DNA of 64,000 bases from Candidatus Binatia bacterium (GTDB lineage: Bacteria; Desulfobacterota; Binatia; UBA9968), in the NCBI GenBank assembly GCA_036004365.1, contig DASYRN010000045.1, positions 7,637 through 71,636 on the forward strand, read 5' to 3'. This document shows positions 1-11,043 of this stretch, piece after piece. The notes beneath the pieces were generated by a model that saw nothing but the letters and a program-made list of their open reading frames with translations, did no database searches and was not told where the DNA came from. A program made the position numbers and the translations under genes. Numbering within the stretch: the first letter of the stretch is position 1; the number at the start of each line of letters is the position of its first letter.

Positions 1-369
1 CGTAGAGATTACGACGAAGCTTGGAAGTTCCTGGAGCAAAAAGATTACAAGCGAGCCATCGATCGCTTCAAGGGCTTTGTGAAGAAGTATCCGAAGAGCG
101 CCTATGCGGACAATGCCCAGTACTGGATCGGCGAATGTCATTACGCCCTGAGAGAGTTTGACCAGGCGATCCTGGAATTCGACGCTGTCCGGCGCAATTA
201 CCCAAAGGGAGATAAAGTGCCGGCTGCGCTCCTTAAGCAGGGATTTGCCTTCGCTGAGCTGGGAGACAAGGTCGATGCCCGTCTGATTCTCCAGGAATTG
301 ATCAATCGATATCCTCAGTCATCGGAAGCGTCCAAAGCCAAGCAGAAACTCAAGTCTCTGGAATCGTAG
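1..369 (+). CDS. cpoB: Tol-Pal system protein YbgF/CpoB, C-terminal TPR part; 5' end lies outside the window
   Basis: Frame 1 stays open from nt 1. TPR-like sequence ...YWIGECHYALREFDQAILEFDAVRRNYPKGDKVPAALLKQGFAFAELGDK... is typical of the YbgF C-terminus. Confidence 0.65.
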   Translation, partial: RRDYDEAWKFLEQKDYKRAIDRFKGFVKKYPKSAYADNAQYWIGECHYALREFDQAILEFDAVRRNYPKGDKVPAALLKQGFAFAELGDKVDARLILQELINRYPQSSEASKAKQKLKSLES

Positions 370-504
370 CGTAGTCACTGGAATCCCGCACTCTAAAGAC
401 TAACCTTAGCGTTGAATAGCTTTCAGCAGTCAGCCATCCGCAAGACAGATAAGGCCGGAGAACGAAGCTGAATACTGAGTGCTGAAGGTTGTTATCCAAA
501 AATC

Positions 505-1461
505 ATGCAGATTTACCGCCATATCGAGGATCGTGAAGTTTCACTTCGAGATCCCATATTGACGATGGGGAATTTTGACGGCGTTCATCTGGGTCACCAA
601 GCTCTTTTGTCCCGCATCGTTAAGGAAGCCCGAGAGAGGAAGGGCTCGTCTACTGTTCTGACTTTCGAGCCCCATCCCCTGAAGATTCTCGCGCCGAATC
701 GGGCGCCGCGGTTGATTTTGGCGCACAAGGACAAGATGCGCTTGCTCCAATCGCTGGGAATCGATGTCGTCATTATTCAGACGTTCAATTCCGCCTTCGC
801 GAATCTCGAGGCGGAGGAATTTGTCCGACGCTACCTTGTCAATCGGATCAAGGTTCGTAAAATTTGGGTCGGAAAGGATCTGAGGTTTGGCAAAGCGAGA
901 AAGGGCAGAGTGGAGGATTTGATCCGATGGGGAAAAGAGACCGGATTCGAGGTCGGAATCATAGAGCCCATACAGGTTGAAGGTGAGCGGATCAGTAGCA
1001 GCCGCATTAGGGAGCTCCTATTGAAGGGCGAGGTGCATGAGGCCGAAAGATTTCTCGGCCGCTACCATTTCATCTCAGGGAGAGTCGTGCGGGGACACCA
1101 GAGAGGTCGGCAGCTCGGGTTTCCGACTGCGAATATTATGAGCCAGACCGAAGTGCTGCCCGCGGACGGAATCTACGCTACGCTCTTGGAATCCGACGGA
1201 CGCCGTTGGCCGAGCGTCTCTAACATAGGAATCAATCCCACGTTTGGCTCGGGGCCGAGAACCATCGAGAGTTACCTGTTTGAGTTTTCCGGAGATCTCT
1301 ACGGCCAAACCGTGAGGCTGTTCTTTGTGAAGAGGATCCGGGAGGAAAAGAAATTTTCTTCAGCGGAAGTCTTGGTGGAGCAGATGAAGAAGGATGTTGC
1401 GAGCGCGCAGGAGATCCTGAGCCAGCTCCGGCCCCAAGAGGGCGCGGAACTTTCAAGGTAA
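505..1461 (+). CDS. ribF: Bifunctional riboflavin kinase / FMN adenylyltransferase
   Basis: N-terminal FAD synthetase motifs (GNFDGVHLGHQ) and a C-terminal riboflavin kinase domain (GRQLGFPTANI...), 318 aa. Confidence 0.9.
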   Translation: MQIYRHIEDREVSLRDPILTMGNFDGVHLGHQALLSRIVKEARERKGSSTVLTFEPHPLKILAPNRAPRLILAHKDKMRLLQSLGIDVVIIQTFNSAFANLEAEEFVRRYLVNRIKVRKIWVGKDLRFGKARKGRVEDLIRWGKETGFEVGIIEPIQVEGERISSSRIRELLLKGEVHEAERFLGRYHFISGRVVRGHQRGRQLGFPTANIMSQTEVLPADGIYATLLESDGRRWPSVSNIGINPTFGSGPRTIESYLFEFSGDLYGQTVRLFFVKRIREEKKFSSAEVLVEQMKKDVASAQEILSQLRPQEGAELSR

Positions 1462-1472
1462 CCTGAGCGCCC

Positions 1473-2447
1473 ATGCAGGTTGCCGTAACCGAGCAGGAAG
1501 ATGCGGGGACGCGCCTGGACCTGTTTTTGGCGCGTCGCAAGCTGGCTGCACCGGAGTGGAGCCGCTCGGCCATCCAGAAAATGATTCAGGAAGGAGCGAT
1601 CCTGCTTAACGGTCTTCGACCTAAGCCCAGCACGCGTCTTAAACTCAACGATCTCGTCGAAATTCGCGGCCTTCCCGTCAAGAACGCGAGGGTGGTGCCC
1701 GAGCCGATTCCTCTAGATGTTCTCTATGAAGATGCGGATTGCATCGCGGTCAACAAGCCGCCCGGCATCGTTGTCCATCCTGCGGCGGGAAAACAAACCG
1801 GGACTTTGGTGAACGCTCTCCTTTATCACTGTCGCGATCTCAAAGGCATCGGAGGAGAGCGGAGGCCCGGGATCGTCCACCGATTGGACAAGGACACTTC
1901 GGGCGTAATGATTGTCGCGAAGCATGCGCGGGCCTTCCATGGATTGGCCTTGCAGTTCAAGGAAAGGCGCATTCTCAAAGAGTATGTCGCGCTGGTGTGG
2001 GGCAAGGTGAAGCCAGAGAAGGGCCATATCCGTCGTCCGATCGGGCGCCACCGCAGGGACCGGAAAAGGATGTCGAGCCTCTACGCCTTGCCGCGGTTGA
2101 GAGAGGCAACGACAGAGTGGCACGTCGAAGAGCGCTTTCGTGTGGGCTCAGCGGTCGACTCATGGGTTACTTGGTTACGCGTTAAACCCTATACGGGACG
2201 AACCCATCAAATCCGAGTGCATTTATCCGATGAGGGATTCCCGATCGTGGGCGATAGGATTTACGGGCAAAAACAAAAGCGGCTCTCGACCTTGGCGCCT
2301 GCTGAGCTGCTGAACTTTCCGCGTCAGGCGCTCCATGCGGAGAGACTTCGATTTGACCACCCAGTGACGGGGAGACCGGTGGAGATTCGCGCTCCGCTCT
2401 TTTCCGATATGGAAGGTCTTCTACAGCGCTTAAGGAAGCCAGAGTGA
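1473..2447 (+). CDS. rluD: 23S rRNA pseudouridine synthase, RluA/RluD family
   Basis: S4-like N-terminus, catalytic HRLDKDTSGVMIVAKH motif, 324 aa, tightly follows ribF. Confidence 0.85.
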   Translation: MQVAVTEQEDAGTRLDLFLARRKLAAPEWSRSAIQKMIQEGAILLNGLRPKPSTRLKLNDLVEIRGLPVKNARVVPEPIPLDVLYEDADCIAVNKPPGIVVHPAAGKQTGTLVNALLYHCRDLKGIGGERRPGIVHRLDKDTSGVMIVAKHARAFHGLALQFKERRILKEYVALVWGKVKPEKGHIRRPIGRHRRDRKRMSSLYALPRLREATTEWHVEERFRVGSAVDSWVTWLRVKPYTGRTHQIRVHLSDEGFPIVGDRIYGQKQKRLSTLAPAELLNFPRQALHAERLRFDHPVTGRPVEIRAPLFSDMEGLLQRLRKPE

Positions 2448-2475
2448 TCAATCGAAAAACAAAGCGTGGGGGGTT

Positions 2476-2504
2476 GACAAGAGAACGGGTTTTTTTTAGT
2501 ATAA
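2476..2504 (+). promoter_or_regulatory. Candidate sigma70 promoter for rho (TTGACA-17-TAGTAT) ahead of a ~280 nt rho leader
   Basis: TTGACA at 2476-2481, 17 nt spacer, TAGTAT at 2499-2504. Read by eye only. Confidence 0.3.
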
Positions 2505-2787
2505 GTAGAGTAATAATCAAGTCAACGTTCTCTAAGACAAAGCCCACGCGCAAGGTAATCACTCCGACCTAAACTTTAATTTGGATTTCGAACGAACGGT
2601 TTCGTCTGTGTCAAGTTCCCTATTACCTTGAGACGCTCCCCGCGAAAAGATCGACCTGCCTGAGGCAGGTAGCTGCCAATTTGTTTGGTAATCCTTGCGT
2701 GGTGTGAGGACGATTGCAGGCGGATCCTGAAGATGAGAATCGGCTTTCAGGAAATTTATTCTGCGGGATGAAAGGAGAGGTATATCA

Positions 2788-4086
2788 ATGGTACGTGGAA
2801 GGACCAAGGCCGAACCAGAGACTGTAGACGAGAACGGGCTCAATCTTAAGTCTCTTAAAGAAAAAAAGATCAGCGAGCTGGCATTGATTGGAAAGAACTT
2901 CAATATCGAGGGCGCAGCCAATATGCGCAAGCAGGAGCTCATCTTCGCCATATTGCAAGCTCAAACGGAGCAGAACGGGTACATTTACGGTGAGGGCGTG
3001 CTGGAGACGCTTCCTGACGGCTTTGGTTTCCTCAGGGCGCCGGACTATAACTATCTGCCCGGCCCCGACGATATTTACGTCTCTCCCAGCCAGATCCGGC
3101 GCTTCAATCTTCGCACGGGCGACATCATCTCAGGACATATCCGCCCTCCCAAAGAGGGCGAGCGTTACTTCGCCCTGCTCAAGGTGGAGTCCATCAATTA
3201 TGAGGATCCGGAAAAGGCGAGGGAAAAGATCCTCTTCGATAACCTCACTCCTCTTTATCCCAACCAACGGTTCCAGTTGGAATACCTGCCCGACGAATAT
3301 ACGACGCGGGTCGTCGATCTTATGACCCCGATCGGAAAAGGGCAAAGGGGGCTCATCGTCGCGGCCCCGCGCACGGGTAAGACCATGATGCTGCAGGCCA
3401 TCGCTAAGGCCGTGGCCCAGAACCATAAAGAGGTTATTTTGATCGTTCTTCTGATCGACGAGCGGCCAGAAGAGGTTACGGACATGCAGCGGTCTGTGGA
3501 TGGAGAGGTGGTGAGCTCCACGTTTGATGAGCCGGCCACGCGCCACGTGCAAGTCGCCGAGATGGTGATCGAGAAAGCCAAACGCTTAGTGGAGCATGGA
3601 AAGGACGTTGTCATCCTTCTCGATAGCATCACCCGGCTCGCACGGGCGTACAACACGGTTGTGCCGCCCAGCGGCAAGATTTTGTCCGGCGGCGTCGATT
3701 CCAATGCGCTTCACAAGCCGAAGAAATTTTTTGGGGCAGCGCGCAATATCGAGGACGGGGGAAGCCTGACGATTATTGCGACGGCGCTTATCGATACGGG
3801 AAGCCGCATGGACGAGGTGATCTTCGAGGAATTTAAAGGGACCGGTAATATGGAGATTCATCTGGACCGTCGGCTGATGGATAAGAGGGTTTTCCCGGCT
3901 ATTGACATCAACAAGTCGGGCACAAGAAAAGAAGAGCTTTTGATACCCAAGGAAGATTTGAATCGGATCTGGATCCTGCGCAAGGTATTGTCTCAACTCA
4001 GTGTGGTTGAGGCTATGGAATTTTTGCTGGATAAGATTCGTGGGACCAAAAACAACAAGGAATTTCTCGAATCCATGAATCAATAA
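2788..4086 (+). CDS. rho: Transcription termination factor Rho
   Basis: N-terminal RNA-binding domain, Walker A GKTMMLQ, full-length similarity to Rho, RBS AAAGGAGAGG upstream. Confidence 0.95.
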   Translation: MVRGRTKAEPETVDENGLNLKSLKEKKISELALIGKNFNIEGAANMRKQELIFAILQAQTEQNGYIYGEGVLETLPDGFGFLRAPDYNYLPGPDDIYVSPSQIRRFNLRTGDIISGHIRPPKEGERYFALLKVESINYEDPEKAREKILFDNLTPLYPNQRFQLEYLPDEYTTRVVDLMTPIGKGQRGLIVAAPRTGKTMMLQAIAKAVAQNHKEVILIVLLIDERPEEVTDMQRSVDGEVVSSTFDEPATRHVQVAEMVIEKAKRLVEHGKDVVILLDSITRLARAYNTVVPPSGKILSGGVDSNALHKPKKFFGAARNIEDGGSLTIIATALIDTGSRMDEVIFEEFKGTGNMEIHLDRRLMDKRVFPAIDINKSGTRKEELLIPKEDLNRIWILRKVLSQLSVVEAMEFLLDKIRGTKNNKEFLESMNQ

Positions 4087-4325
4087 ATGCCCCGTTCCCC
4101 CCTTATGACCGCCTTGCACAGGCTGCCGATCTTTGTTACAACCCCTAAATTGCCGAGTTGTTTGTATTGATTTCCAGATGCCCCTATTTTTCTGGCTCTG
4201 CGGGGGTAATCATCCTGGATAGAAAATTTCACACCCTTCCGGATCCCTTTCTAGGGTGCTCAGGTTTACGGGAATAGTTGGGAGTCGATGGAAGGGGAGG
4301 AGACCACAAAGGAGTAAACTTCTTT

Positions 4326-5117
4326 ATGACCGAGATCGCTATGAAGCAGCTCTTGGAAGCGGGCGTCCATTTTGGCCACCAGACGAGCCGCTGGAACCCG
4401 AAGATGAAGCCCTATATTTTCGGCGCGCGCAACGGAATCCATATTATCGACCTGCAGCAGACCGTTGCTATGTTCAAGGACGCCGCTGCCTTCCTTCGCG
4501 ACCTGGCGTCTTCGGGAGGGCATATCCTCTTCGTGGGGACCAAGAAGCAGGCGCAGGAGGCGATCAAGGAGGAGGCGCAAAGGTGCGGCATGTTTTATGT
4601 CCACAACCGTTGGCTAGGAGGAACGCTGACGAATTTTGCAACGATCCGGCAGAGTATTGAGAGGTTGAGAAAAATCGAAGAGATGGAGAATGATCCGAAG
4701 ATTGTCGAGGCCTTGACCAAAAAGGAGCTGCTGGGCCTCAAGCGTGAAAAGGAAAAGCTGGAGCAGTCTCTAGGCGGCATCAAAGGCATGAGGAAACTAC
4801 CCGAAGCGATCTTTGTGGTCGATCCCAAGCAGGAAGAGATCGCGGTTCGGGAGGCCAGGAAGCTCGGGATCCCCGTCGTCGCCGTCGTAGACACGAATTG
4901 TGATCCGGATATGGTCGATTACAAAGTTCCTGGAAATGATGACGCCATCCGGGCGATCCGGCTTTTCTGCGCCGCTTTCGCCGACGCGATTATCGAAGGG
5001 AAGACGATCTACGAGCAGTCCTTGGCCGGCAAGGAGAAGGAGGAGAAGGAATCCTCAGCGGCTCCTCAGGTGCACGAGACGGTCGAAAATTCAGCGGCGG
5101 GAGGGACCGCATTCTGA
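4326..5117 (+). CDS. rpsB: 30S ribosomal protein S2
   Basis: [27 protein letters not shown] matches the S2 N-terminus. Start set to the ATG at 4326, not the upstream in-frame ORF start. Confidence 0.95.
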   Translation: MTEIAMKQLLEAGVHFGHQTSRWNPKMKPYIFGARNGIHIIDLQQTVAMFKDAAAFLRDLASSGGHILFVGTKKQAQEAIKEEAQRCGMFYVHNRWLGGTLTNFATIRQSIERLRKIEEMENDPKIVEALTKKELLGLKREKEKLEQSLGGIKGMRKLPEAIFVVDPKQEEIAVREARKLGIPVVAVVDTNCDPDMVDYKVPGNDDAIRAIRLFCAAFADAIIEGKTIYEQSLAGKEKEEKESSAAPQVHETVENSAAGGTAF

Positions 5118-5726
5118 ATGGAAGTCAGCGCTTCTACAGTCAAAGAGTTGCGCGAGAAGACCGGCGCCGGGATGATGGATTGCAAGAAGGCCCTCGCGGA
5201 GTCCGGCGGCGATGTGGAAAAGGCGATCGATTATCTTCGACGCAAAGGGCTCGCGGCAGCGGCGAAGAAGATGAGCCGCGTAGCCGGAGAGGGGCTCGTG
5301 GGCGCCTATGTGCACCCTGGGGGTAAGATCGGCGTCTTGGTGGAGTTGAATTGCGAAACCGACTTTGTGGCTCGCACAGCGGAATTTCAAAACCTGCTCA
5401 AGGATATTGCGATGCAGATTGCCGCCGCCAACCCACGCTACGTGAAGCCGGAAGACGTCCCTCAAGCGGAACTGGAACGCGAGCGGGAGATCTATCGCCG
5501 ACAGGCGCTTGAATCGGGAAAGCCCGAGGAAGTCTTAGATAAAATCGTAGAAGGAAAGCTGGAGCGTTATTATTCCGAGATTTGCCTGCTGGAGCAAGCT
5601 TTTATCAAAGACCCGGATCGCAAAGTAGGAGATTTCATAAAAGACGCGGTGTTTAAGCTCAAGGAAAATATCCAAGTGCGGCGCTTCGCGCGTTACCATC
5701 TCGGGGAAGGCGTCGAAAAGCCTTAG
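5118..5726 (+). CDS. tsf: Elongation factor Ts
   Basis: UBA-like N-terminus ([19 protein letters not shown]), classic rpsB-tsf pairing. Confidence 0.95.
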   Translation: MEVSASTVKELREKTGAGMMDCKKALAESGGDVEKAIDYLRRKGLAAAAKKMSRVAGEGLVGAYVHPGGKIGVLVELNCETDFVARTAEFQNLLKDIAMQIAAANPRYVKPEDVPQAELEREREIYRRQALESGKPEEVLDKIVEGKLERYYSEICLLEQAFIKDPDRKVGDFIKDAVFKLKENIQVRRFARYHLGEGVEKP

Positions 5727-5840
5727 GGTGCTTTAGGCCATTGCAAGCGCAAAGTGCAACAGTCAAAATTAAGAACTTTCGATCCTCGTTTTTGCATTTT
5801 TCAATTTGCATTCTTCATTTTGCCTTGACCGCTTCGGTCT

Positions 5841-6566
5841 ATGGGAATGCTCAAGTATAAACGGATCATCCTGAAAGTTACGGGAGAAGTCCTCGCCGGG
5901 GGCGAGAGGTACGGCATCGACAACAATATGCTGAGCTCCTTCGCCCAGGAAATCAAAGAGGTGAAGGAGATGGGGAGCGAGATCGCCCTGGTGATGGGTG
6001 GAGGGAATATCTTTCGCGGCGCGGAGCTGAGCGAGGGAGGGATCGAGCGGGCGACCGCGGATTACATGGGAATGCTGGCCACGGTGATCAACAGCTTGGC
6101 GCTGCAGGATGCGTTGGAGAAAATCGGCGTTCCCACGCGGTGCATGTCTGCGATTGAGATGCGTCAGGTCGCGGAGCCGTATATCCGCCGGCGGGCCACG
6201 CGTCATTTGGAGAAGGGCAGGGTGGTCATTTTTGCCGGAGGCACCGGCAATCCTTATTTCACAACCGACACCACCGCAAGCCTGCGGGCGATGGAAATCG
6301 GAGCCGAGGTGATCCTTAAAGCCACGAAAGTGGAAGGAGTCTATGACGCGGATCCCCTGAAGCACCATAGCGCGAAAAAATACGGTGAGCTGACCTACAT
6401 CGAAGTGCTTAATAAAGAGCTTAAGGTCATGGACTCCACGGCGATCTCTCTTTGCATGGATAATCGGTTGCCCATCGTCGTCTTCAATATTATGGAGAAG
6501 GGGAACATCAAGCGAGTAGTGAGTGGAGAGGAGATCGGGACTCTCGTAAGCGCGGGAAGAAGATGA
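5841..6566 (+). CDS. pyrH: UMP kinase
   Basis: [14 protein letters not shown]...GGGNIFRG motifs, 241 aa. Confidence 0.95.
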   Translation: MGMLKYKRIILKVTGEVLAGGERYGIDNNMLSSFAQEIKEVKEMGSEIALVMGGGNIFRGAELSEGGIERATADYMGMLATVINSLALQDALEKIGVPTRCMSAIEMRQVAEPYIRRRATRHLEKGRVVIFAGGTGNPYFTTDTTASLRAMEIGAEVILKATKVEGVYDADPLKHHSAKKYGELTYIEVLNKELKVMDSTAISLCMDNRLPIVVFNIMEKGNIKRVVSGEEIGTLVSAGRR

Positions 6567-7120
6567 ACGAGCCCTTTTTTGCCGATCTGCAAAAAGAGAT
6601 GGAGAAGTCGATCGCGGCCTTTCGCAAGGACCTGGCGAAGATTCGAACCGGCCGCGCTTCGACGGCGCTGCTCGAAGGGGTCATGGTCGATTACTACGGG
6701 ACTTCGACTCCACTCAACCAGTTAGCCAACCTGTCCGCTCCCGAGCCGCGCCTGTTGGTCATCCAGCCCTACGATCGCGGGGCCATCGGCAATATCGAGA
6801 AAGCCATTCTTAAGTCTGACCTCGGCCTGACGCCGAATAACGATGGGAAGGTGATCCGGATTCCCATCCCGGAATTGACCGAGGAGAGGCGCAAAGAGCT
6901 GGCCAAACATGTGAAGAAGATCGCCGAAGAATTTCGCGTATCGGTGCGCAATCATCGAAGGCTTGCGGTCGAGAAACTCAAGGAGATGGAGAAGAAAAAA
7001 GAACTCACCGCGGACGACCTTAAACACAGTCAGGACCGAGTCCAGAAAATGACCGACGAATATATCCTCCGGGTCGATAAGGTGCTCAAGGCGAAAGAAG
7101 ACGAGATCATGGAGGTCTGA
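6563..7120 (+). CDS. frr: Ribosome recycling factor
   Basis: 185 aa, RRF sequence ([20 protein letters not shown]), 4 nt overlap with pyrH. Confidence 0.95.
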   Translation: MNEPFFADLQKEMEKSIAAFRKDLAKIRTGRASTALLEGVMVDYYGTSTPLNQLANLSAPEPRLLVIQPYDRGAIGNIEKAILKSDLGLTPNNDGKVIRIPIPELTEERRKELAKHVKKIAEEFRVSVRNHRRLAVEKLKEMEKKKELTADDLKHSQDRVQKMTDEYILRVDKVLKAKEDEIMEV

Positions 7121-7157
7121 GCGATCCCACCCTCCCTGCAAAAATCCCGCCTGTAAA

Positions 7158-7934
7158 ATGGATCTGAGGGGCCTAGACAAGAGTCGACTGCCCAAGCATG
7201 TCGCCATTATCATGGATGGTAATGGACGCTGGGCCAAACTCAGAGGCAAAAGCCGTATCGAAGGCCATCGGCGAGGCAAGACTTCAGTTCGGGCCGTCGT
7301 AGAGATGAGCCGAAAATTGGGGATTGCTTACCTTTCTCTCTACGCGTTTTCCATTGAGAACTGGATGCGCCCCAAGGCGGAGGTCCACGCGTTGATGACC
7401 CTGCTCGAGCATTACCTTGTGACCGAGCAGGCAAGGATGAACCGGCTGGGAATCCGTCTCCTTTCTATTGGTAACCGAAAGTGGCTTCCGGCTTCCGTGC
7501 TGAGGACCCTCGATAAAACCGTGAGAGCGACCAGCAAGAATAAAAGGATGACCGTCGTCCTAGCGCTGAGTTACAGCGGCCGCGACGATATTGTGAGAAT
7601 GGTCAAGAGAGTAGCCGCAAAAGTCAAAGATGGAAGCTGCACCCTAGAAGAAATCGATGAACGGATGGTCTCCACTCACGTCGAGACTAGATTCATTCCC
7701 GACCCGGACCTCCTCATCCGGACCAGCGGCGAGATGCGAATCAGCAACTTCTTCCTCTGGCAGATCCCTTATACGGAACTTTACGTCACGCCGACCCTGT
7801 GGCCCGATTTTCGAGAGGCGGAATACCTTCAAGCTCTATTGGAATTTCAGAGGCGCCGCAGGAGATTCGGGCGGACCGACGAGCAGCTGACGCCGTCCGC
7901 TTCGGAGGCCGGTGAAGCCCAAGATCATTCCTAG
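7158..7934 (+). CDS. uppS: Undecaprenyl diphosphate synthase (cis-isoprenyl transferase)
   Basis: HVAIIMDGNGRWA and the downstream RTSGE...SNFLLWQ motifs. Confidence 0.9.
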   Translation: MDLRGLDKSRLPKHVAIIMDGNGRWAKLRGKSRIEGHRRGKTSVRAVVEMSRKLGIAYLSLYAFSIENWMRPKAEVHALMTLLEHYLVTEQARMNRLGIRLLSIGNRKWLPASVLRTLDKTVRATSKNKRMTVVLALSYSGRDDIVRMVKRVAAKVKDGSCTLEEIDERMVSTHVETRFIPDPDLLIRTSGEMRISNFFLWQIPYTELYVTPTLWPDFREAEYLQALLEFQRRRRRFGRTDEQLTPSASEAGEAQDHS

Positions 7935-8718
7935 AACGATCACCGCCCTGATCGGAATCCCCGTCCTGATCGCCATCATCAGCTGGGCGCGCCCGTGGCA
8001 GTTCGCCTTGGTGATTTTTCTCCTCACGCTAAAAGCCCTTCATGAATACTTTTCCCTCGTCTTTCCCGAGGACTGGGGGCACCGGGCGTTTGGCATCATC
8101 CTCGGCGCGCTCGTCTCTTGCGGAATAGTAATTCCTGCCTTCCGTGAAGCGAGTCTTGGGCTGGCGGGCTTGGTTGCCGTCATCTTCGCTGTTTATCTTT
8201 TTTCCGGTCCTAATTTGCGTGGCCGGTATCCGCGCCTCGGATGGACGCTTCTCGGAGCGCTCTACGTCGGTTATCTGATCCCGCATTTCAGCCTTCTCTA
8301 CAATTTACCTTCCGGAAGTGATTGGATTTTCTGGCTTCTTTCGGTCATCATGATCGGGGATAGCGCGGCTTATTTCATCGGCTCTTCGTTCGGGAAGAGG
8401 AAGCTTTCTCCGAGAATCAGTCCAGGTAAAACGGTTGAAGGCGCGTGGGCGTCGATGGCGGCAAGCCTTTGCGCGGGCGTTGTCGCAGGAATGTTTTTGC
8501 TGCCGCATTTGGCATGGCAAGAGTTGCTGTTGCTTGCGCTTGTTCTGAACGTCGTAGGGCAGGCAGGCGACCTCTTCGAGTCCTGGATCAAACGAAGCTT
8601 TTCCGTGAAGGACTCCGGGGCTATTCTTCCCGGCCACGGAGGGTTGCTCGATCGCATCGATAGTCTTATATTCCCGGTTGCTTTAACCACCTATTACATT
8701 AAGCTCTTTCACTCATGA
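7912..8718 (+). CDS. cdsA: Phosphatidate cytidylyltransferase
   Basis: Polytopic membrane protein with C-terminal signature GHGGLLDRIDSLIF; uppS-cdsA-dxr-rseP synteny. Confidence 0.85.
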   Translation: MKPKIIPRTITALIGIPVLIAIISWARPWQFALVIFLLTLKALHEYFSLVFPEDWGHRAFGIILGALVSCGIVIPAFREASLGLAGLVAVIFAVYLFSGPNLRGRYPRLGWTLLGALYVGYLIPHFSLLYNLPSGSDWIFWLLSVIMIGDSAAYFIGSSFGKRKLSPRISPGKTVEGAWASMAASLCAGVVAGMFLLPHLAWQELLLLALVLNVVGQAGDLFESWIKRSFSVKDSGAILPGHGGLLDRIDSLIFPVALTTYYIKLFHS

Positions 8719-9869
8719 AGTCCCTTGTCATTCTCGGTTCTACTGGCAGCATCGGGATAAACGCGCTCGATCTGGTGCGTCGTTTCCCTGACAAGTTTAG
8801 AGTGCGAGGCCTCGTCGCCGGCCGGAACCTAAAGCTCCTGGCGGCGCAGGCGCGCGAGTTTTCTCCAGACTGGATAAGTATCCGGGAGCAAGGCGAGGTC
8901 TCGCTCCTGAGTGAGCTTTTGCACAACCGAAAGGTTGAGATCCTATGGGGCGAGCAAGGGGCTATTTCCATTGCTAGGGCCGAGGGCGTTGACGTGGTCT
9001 TGGCGGCTATTGTCGGAGGCGCAGGTTTGGTGCCGACGTTGGAGGCGGTGCGCGCCGGGAAAGAGGTTGCGCTTGCGAATAAAGAAGCTCTGGTCATGGC
9101 GGGGGAAATTTTTGTCGCGGAAGCAAAAAAAAAAGGCGTGAGGCTCTTTCCCGTGGATAGCGAGCACAGCGCAATCTTCCAGTGCCTCCAGGGAAACCGG
9201 CGTGATGAGGTCGATCGAATCATTCTCACAGCCTCCGGCGGCCCTTTTCTCCGCGCTTCGTTGAAGAGTCTCAATCGGGTCAGCGTGAAGCAGGCCCTCA
9301 AACATCCGAATTGGAAAATGGGGCCCAAGATTACGGTCGATTCGGCCACGATGATGAACAAAGGTCTCGAGGTGGTTGAGGCCAGATGGTTATTTGATAT
9401 GATACCCACTCAGGTAGAGGTTGTAATTCATCCCGAGAGCATCATCCATTCCATGGTCCGATACCAGGACGGCTCGATCATCGCGCAATTGGGCATCCCC
9501 GACATGCGCATACCGATCGCCTATGCCCTTTCTTTTCCGCATCGACTCAAGGCGGGACTCAGGTCGCTTGAGTTGACCCGGCTCGGTAAGCTAACTTTTC
9601 TTCCGGTCGAAAAGAGGAGATATCCGGCTCTGGGTTTGGCTTACCGGGCTTTGGCTGTGGGAGGCACGATGCCCGCAGTTCTGAATGCCGCGAACGAGAT
9701 CGCGGTCGGCGCCTTCCTGGACAAACGGATCGGATTCCGGCAGATTCATCGGGTGATCGAGAAGACTATGGAGAGCCACACCACGCTCCGGCCAAAGGAG
9801 GTGGGCGAGATTCTCGAGGTGGATCGCTGGGCGAGGGAGAAAAGCCGGACTCTTGTCGAGAAGATCTAA
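8715..9869 (+). CDS. dxr: 1-deoxy-D-xylulose 5-phosphate reductoisomerase
   Basis: N-terminal ILGSTGSIG Rossmann motif, 384 aa, full-length DXR similarity. Confidence 0.95.
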   Translation: MKSLVILGSTGSIGINALDLVRRFPDKFRVRGLVAGRNLKLLAAQAREFSPDWISIREQGEVSLLSELLHNRKVEILWGEQGAISIARAEGVDVVLAAIVGGAGLVPTLEAVRAGKEVALANKEALVMAGEIFVAEAKKKGVRLFPVDSEHSAIFQCLQGNRRDEVDRIILTASGGPFLRASLKSLNRVSVKQALKHPNWKMGPKITVDSATMMNKGLEVVEARWLFDMIPTQVEVVIHPESIIHSMVRYQDGSIIAQLGIPDMRIPIAYALSFPHRLKAGLRSLELTRLGKLTFLPVEKRRYPALGLAYRALAVGGTMPAVLNAANEIAVGAFLDKRIGFRQIHRVIEKTMESHTTLRPKEVGEILEVDRWAREKSRTLVEKI

Positions 9870-9881
9870 AGGAGAAAGCGA

Positions 9882-10952
9882 ATGTTAACCGTTGCTTATG
9901 CCATCGTTTCAGCCCTTATAGGGTTAGGGGTTTTGATCATTATTCACGAGTTGGGCCACTTCCTTGTGGCCAAAAAGCTCGGCGTGGGGGTTTTAACCTT
10001 TTCAGTCGGCTTTGGCCCCAAGCTCTTAAAGCGAAAGATCGGTGAAACCGAATACGCCTTGAGCGCCTTCCCCCTTGGAGGATACGTCAAAATGATTGGA
10101 GAGGATCCGGAGGAAGAGGTTAGCCAGGCGGATATCGAGCGATCTTTTTCCCACCAGGGAGTCGGAAAGCGCGCGGCGATCGTTGCCGCGGGTCCGCTGT
10201 TTAACCTGCTGCTCGCTGTCGTACTCTTCGGCGCCATCTTCATGTTCTACGGGGTCCCGCTCCTGACAACCCGAATCGCCGGCGTTGAGCCGGGTTCTCC
10301 AGCCGCGAAGGCGGGGATACAAAAGGGTGACCGCGTCGTTGCCGTAGACGGCGACGCGATAAGAGAATGGGAGGAGCTTTCGGCTCGGATCAAGCAAAGT
10401 CAGGGCAAACCTTTACAGCTAACGGTTCAAAGAGCGGATCAGGAGATCACCGTCACGGTTCAGCCGACCATGAGAGAGGGAAAAAACATCTTCGGAGAAA
10501 CAATAGACACCTGGGTCATTGGAATCGCCAGCGAGGTCTCGATGGAAAAAAGCAACCCTTTGTTGGCGATCGGAAATGGATTTTACAAGACCGGAGAATA
10601 TTCGGTTCTCACCCTGCTCGGCCTTGTGAAGATGATCAGAGGGGATGTGTCGCCGAAAAATCTCGGCGGTCCTCTTTTGATCGCCCAGATGGCTGGCCAG
10701 CAGGCGCAAGAGGGGCTGGCAAGTTTTTTATTTTTCGTCGCGATACTGAGTGTCAATCTTGGAGTATTGAATCTCCTGCCGATTCCCGTTCTTGACGGCG
10801 GCCATCTGCTTTTTTTCCTGATCGAGTCGCTCTTGGGCCGGCCGGTTGAGGTAAAACATCGGGAGAGGGCGCAGCAGATCGGAATTTTTGTTCTGATCCT
10901 CATCATGGTTTATGCCTTCTATAACGATATCTCCAGGTTATTCGAAGGATAA
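9882..10952 (+). CDS. rseP: RIP zinc metalloprotease RseP (site-2 protease) with PDZ domain
   Basis: HELGHFLVAKK zinc motif near the N-terminus, PDZ region, C-terminal LDGGHLLFFLIE motif. Confidence 0.9.
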   Translation: MLTVAYAIVSALIGLGVLIIIHELGHFLVAKKLGVGVLTFSVGFGPKLLKRKIGETEYALSAFPLGGYVKMIGEDPEEEVSQADIERSFSHQGVGKRAAIVAAGPLFNLLLAVVLFGAIFMFYGVPLLTTRIAGVEPGSPAAKAGIQKGDRVVAVDGDAIREWEELSARIKQSQGKPLQLTVQRADQEITVTVQPTMREGKNIFGETIDTWVIGIASEVSMEKSNPLLAIGNGFYKTGEYSVLTLLGLVKMIRGDVSPKNLGGPLLIAQMAGQQAQEGLASFLFFVAILSVNLGVLNLLPIPVLDGGHLLFFLIESLLGRPVEVKHRERAQQIGIFVLILIMVYAFYNDISRLFEG

Positions 10953-11043
10953 TCTAGTAAGTCAGTTTCGAGTTTTGGATGCTTAATTCTTAGTTGTGTT
11001 AATCCTCAGCAACTCAAAACTTAAAACTCAAAACTAGAAATTC

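Noticed and set aside
1739-2185. 148-aa + ORF and several minus ORFs inside rluD
   Set aside because: Alternative-frame and antisense ORFs typical of high-GC coding DNA; rluD is strongly supported.
8699-9409. 236-aa minus ORF
   Set aside because: Antisense to dxr; Ser/Ala/Arg-rich with no domain.
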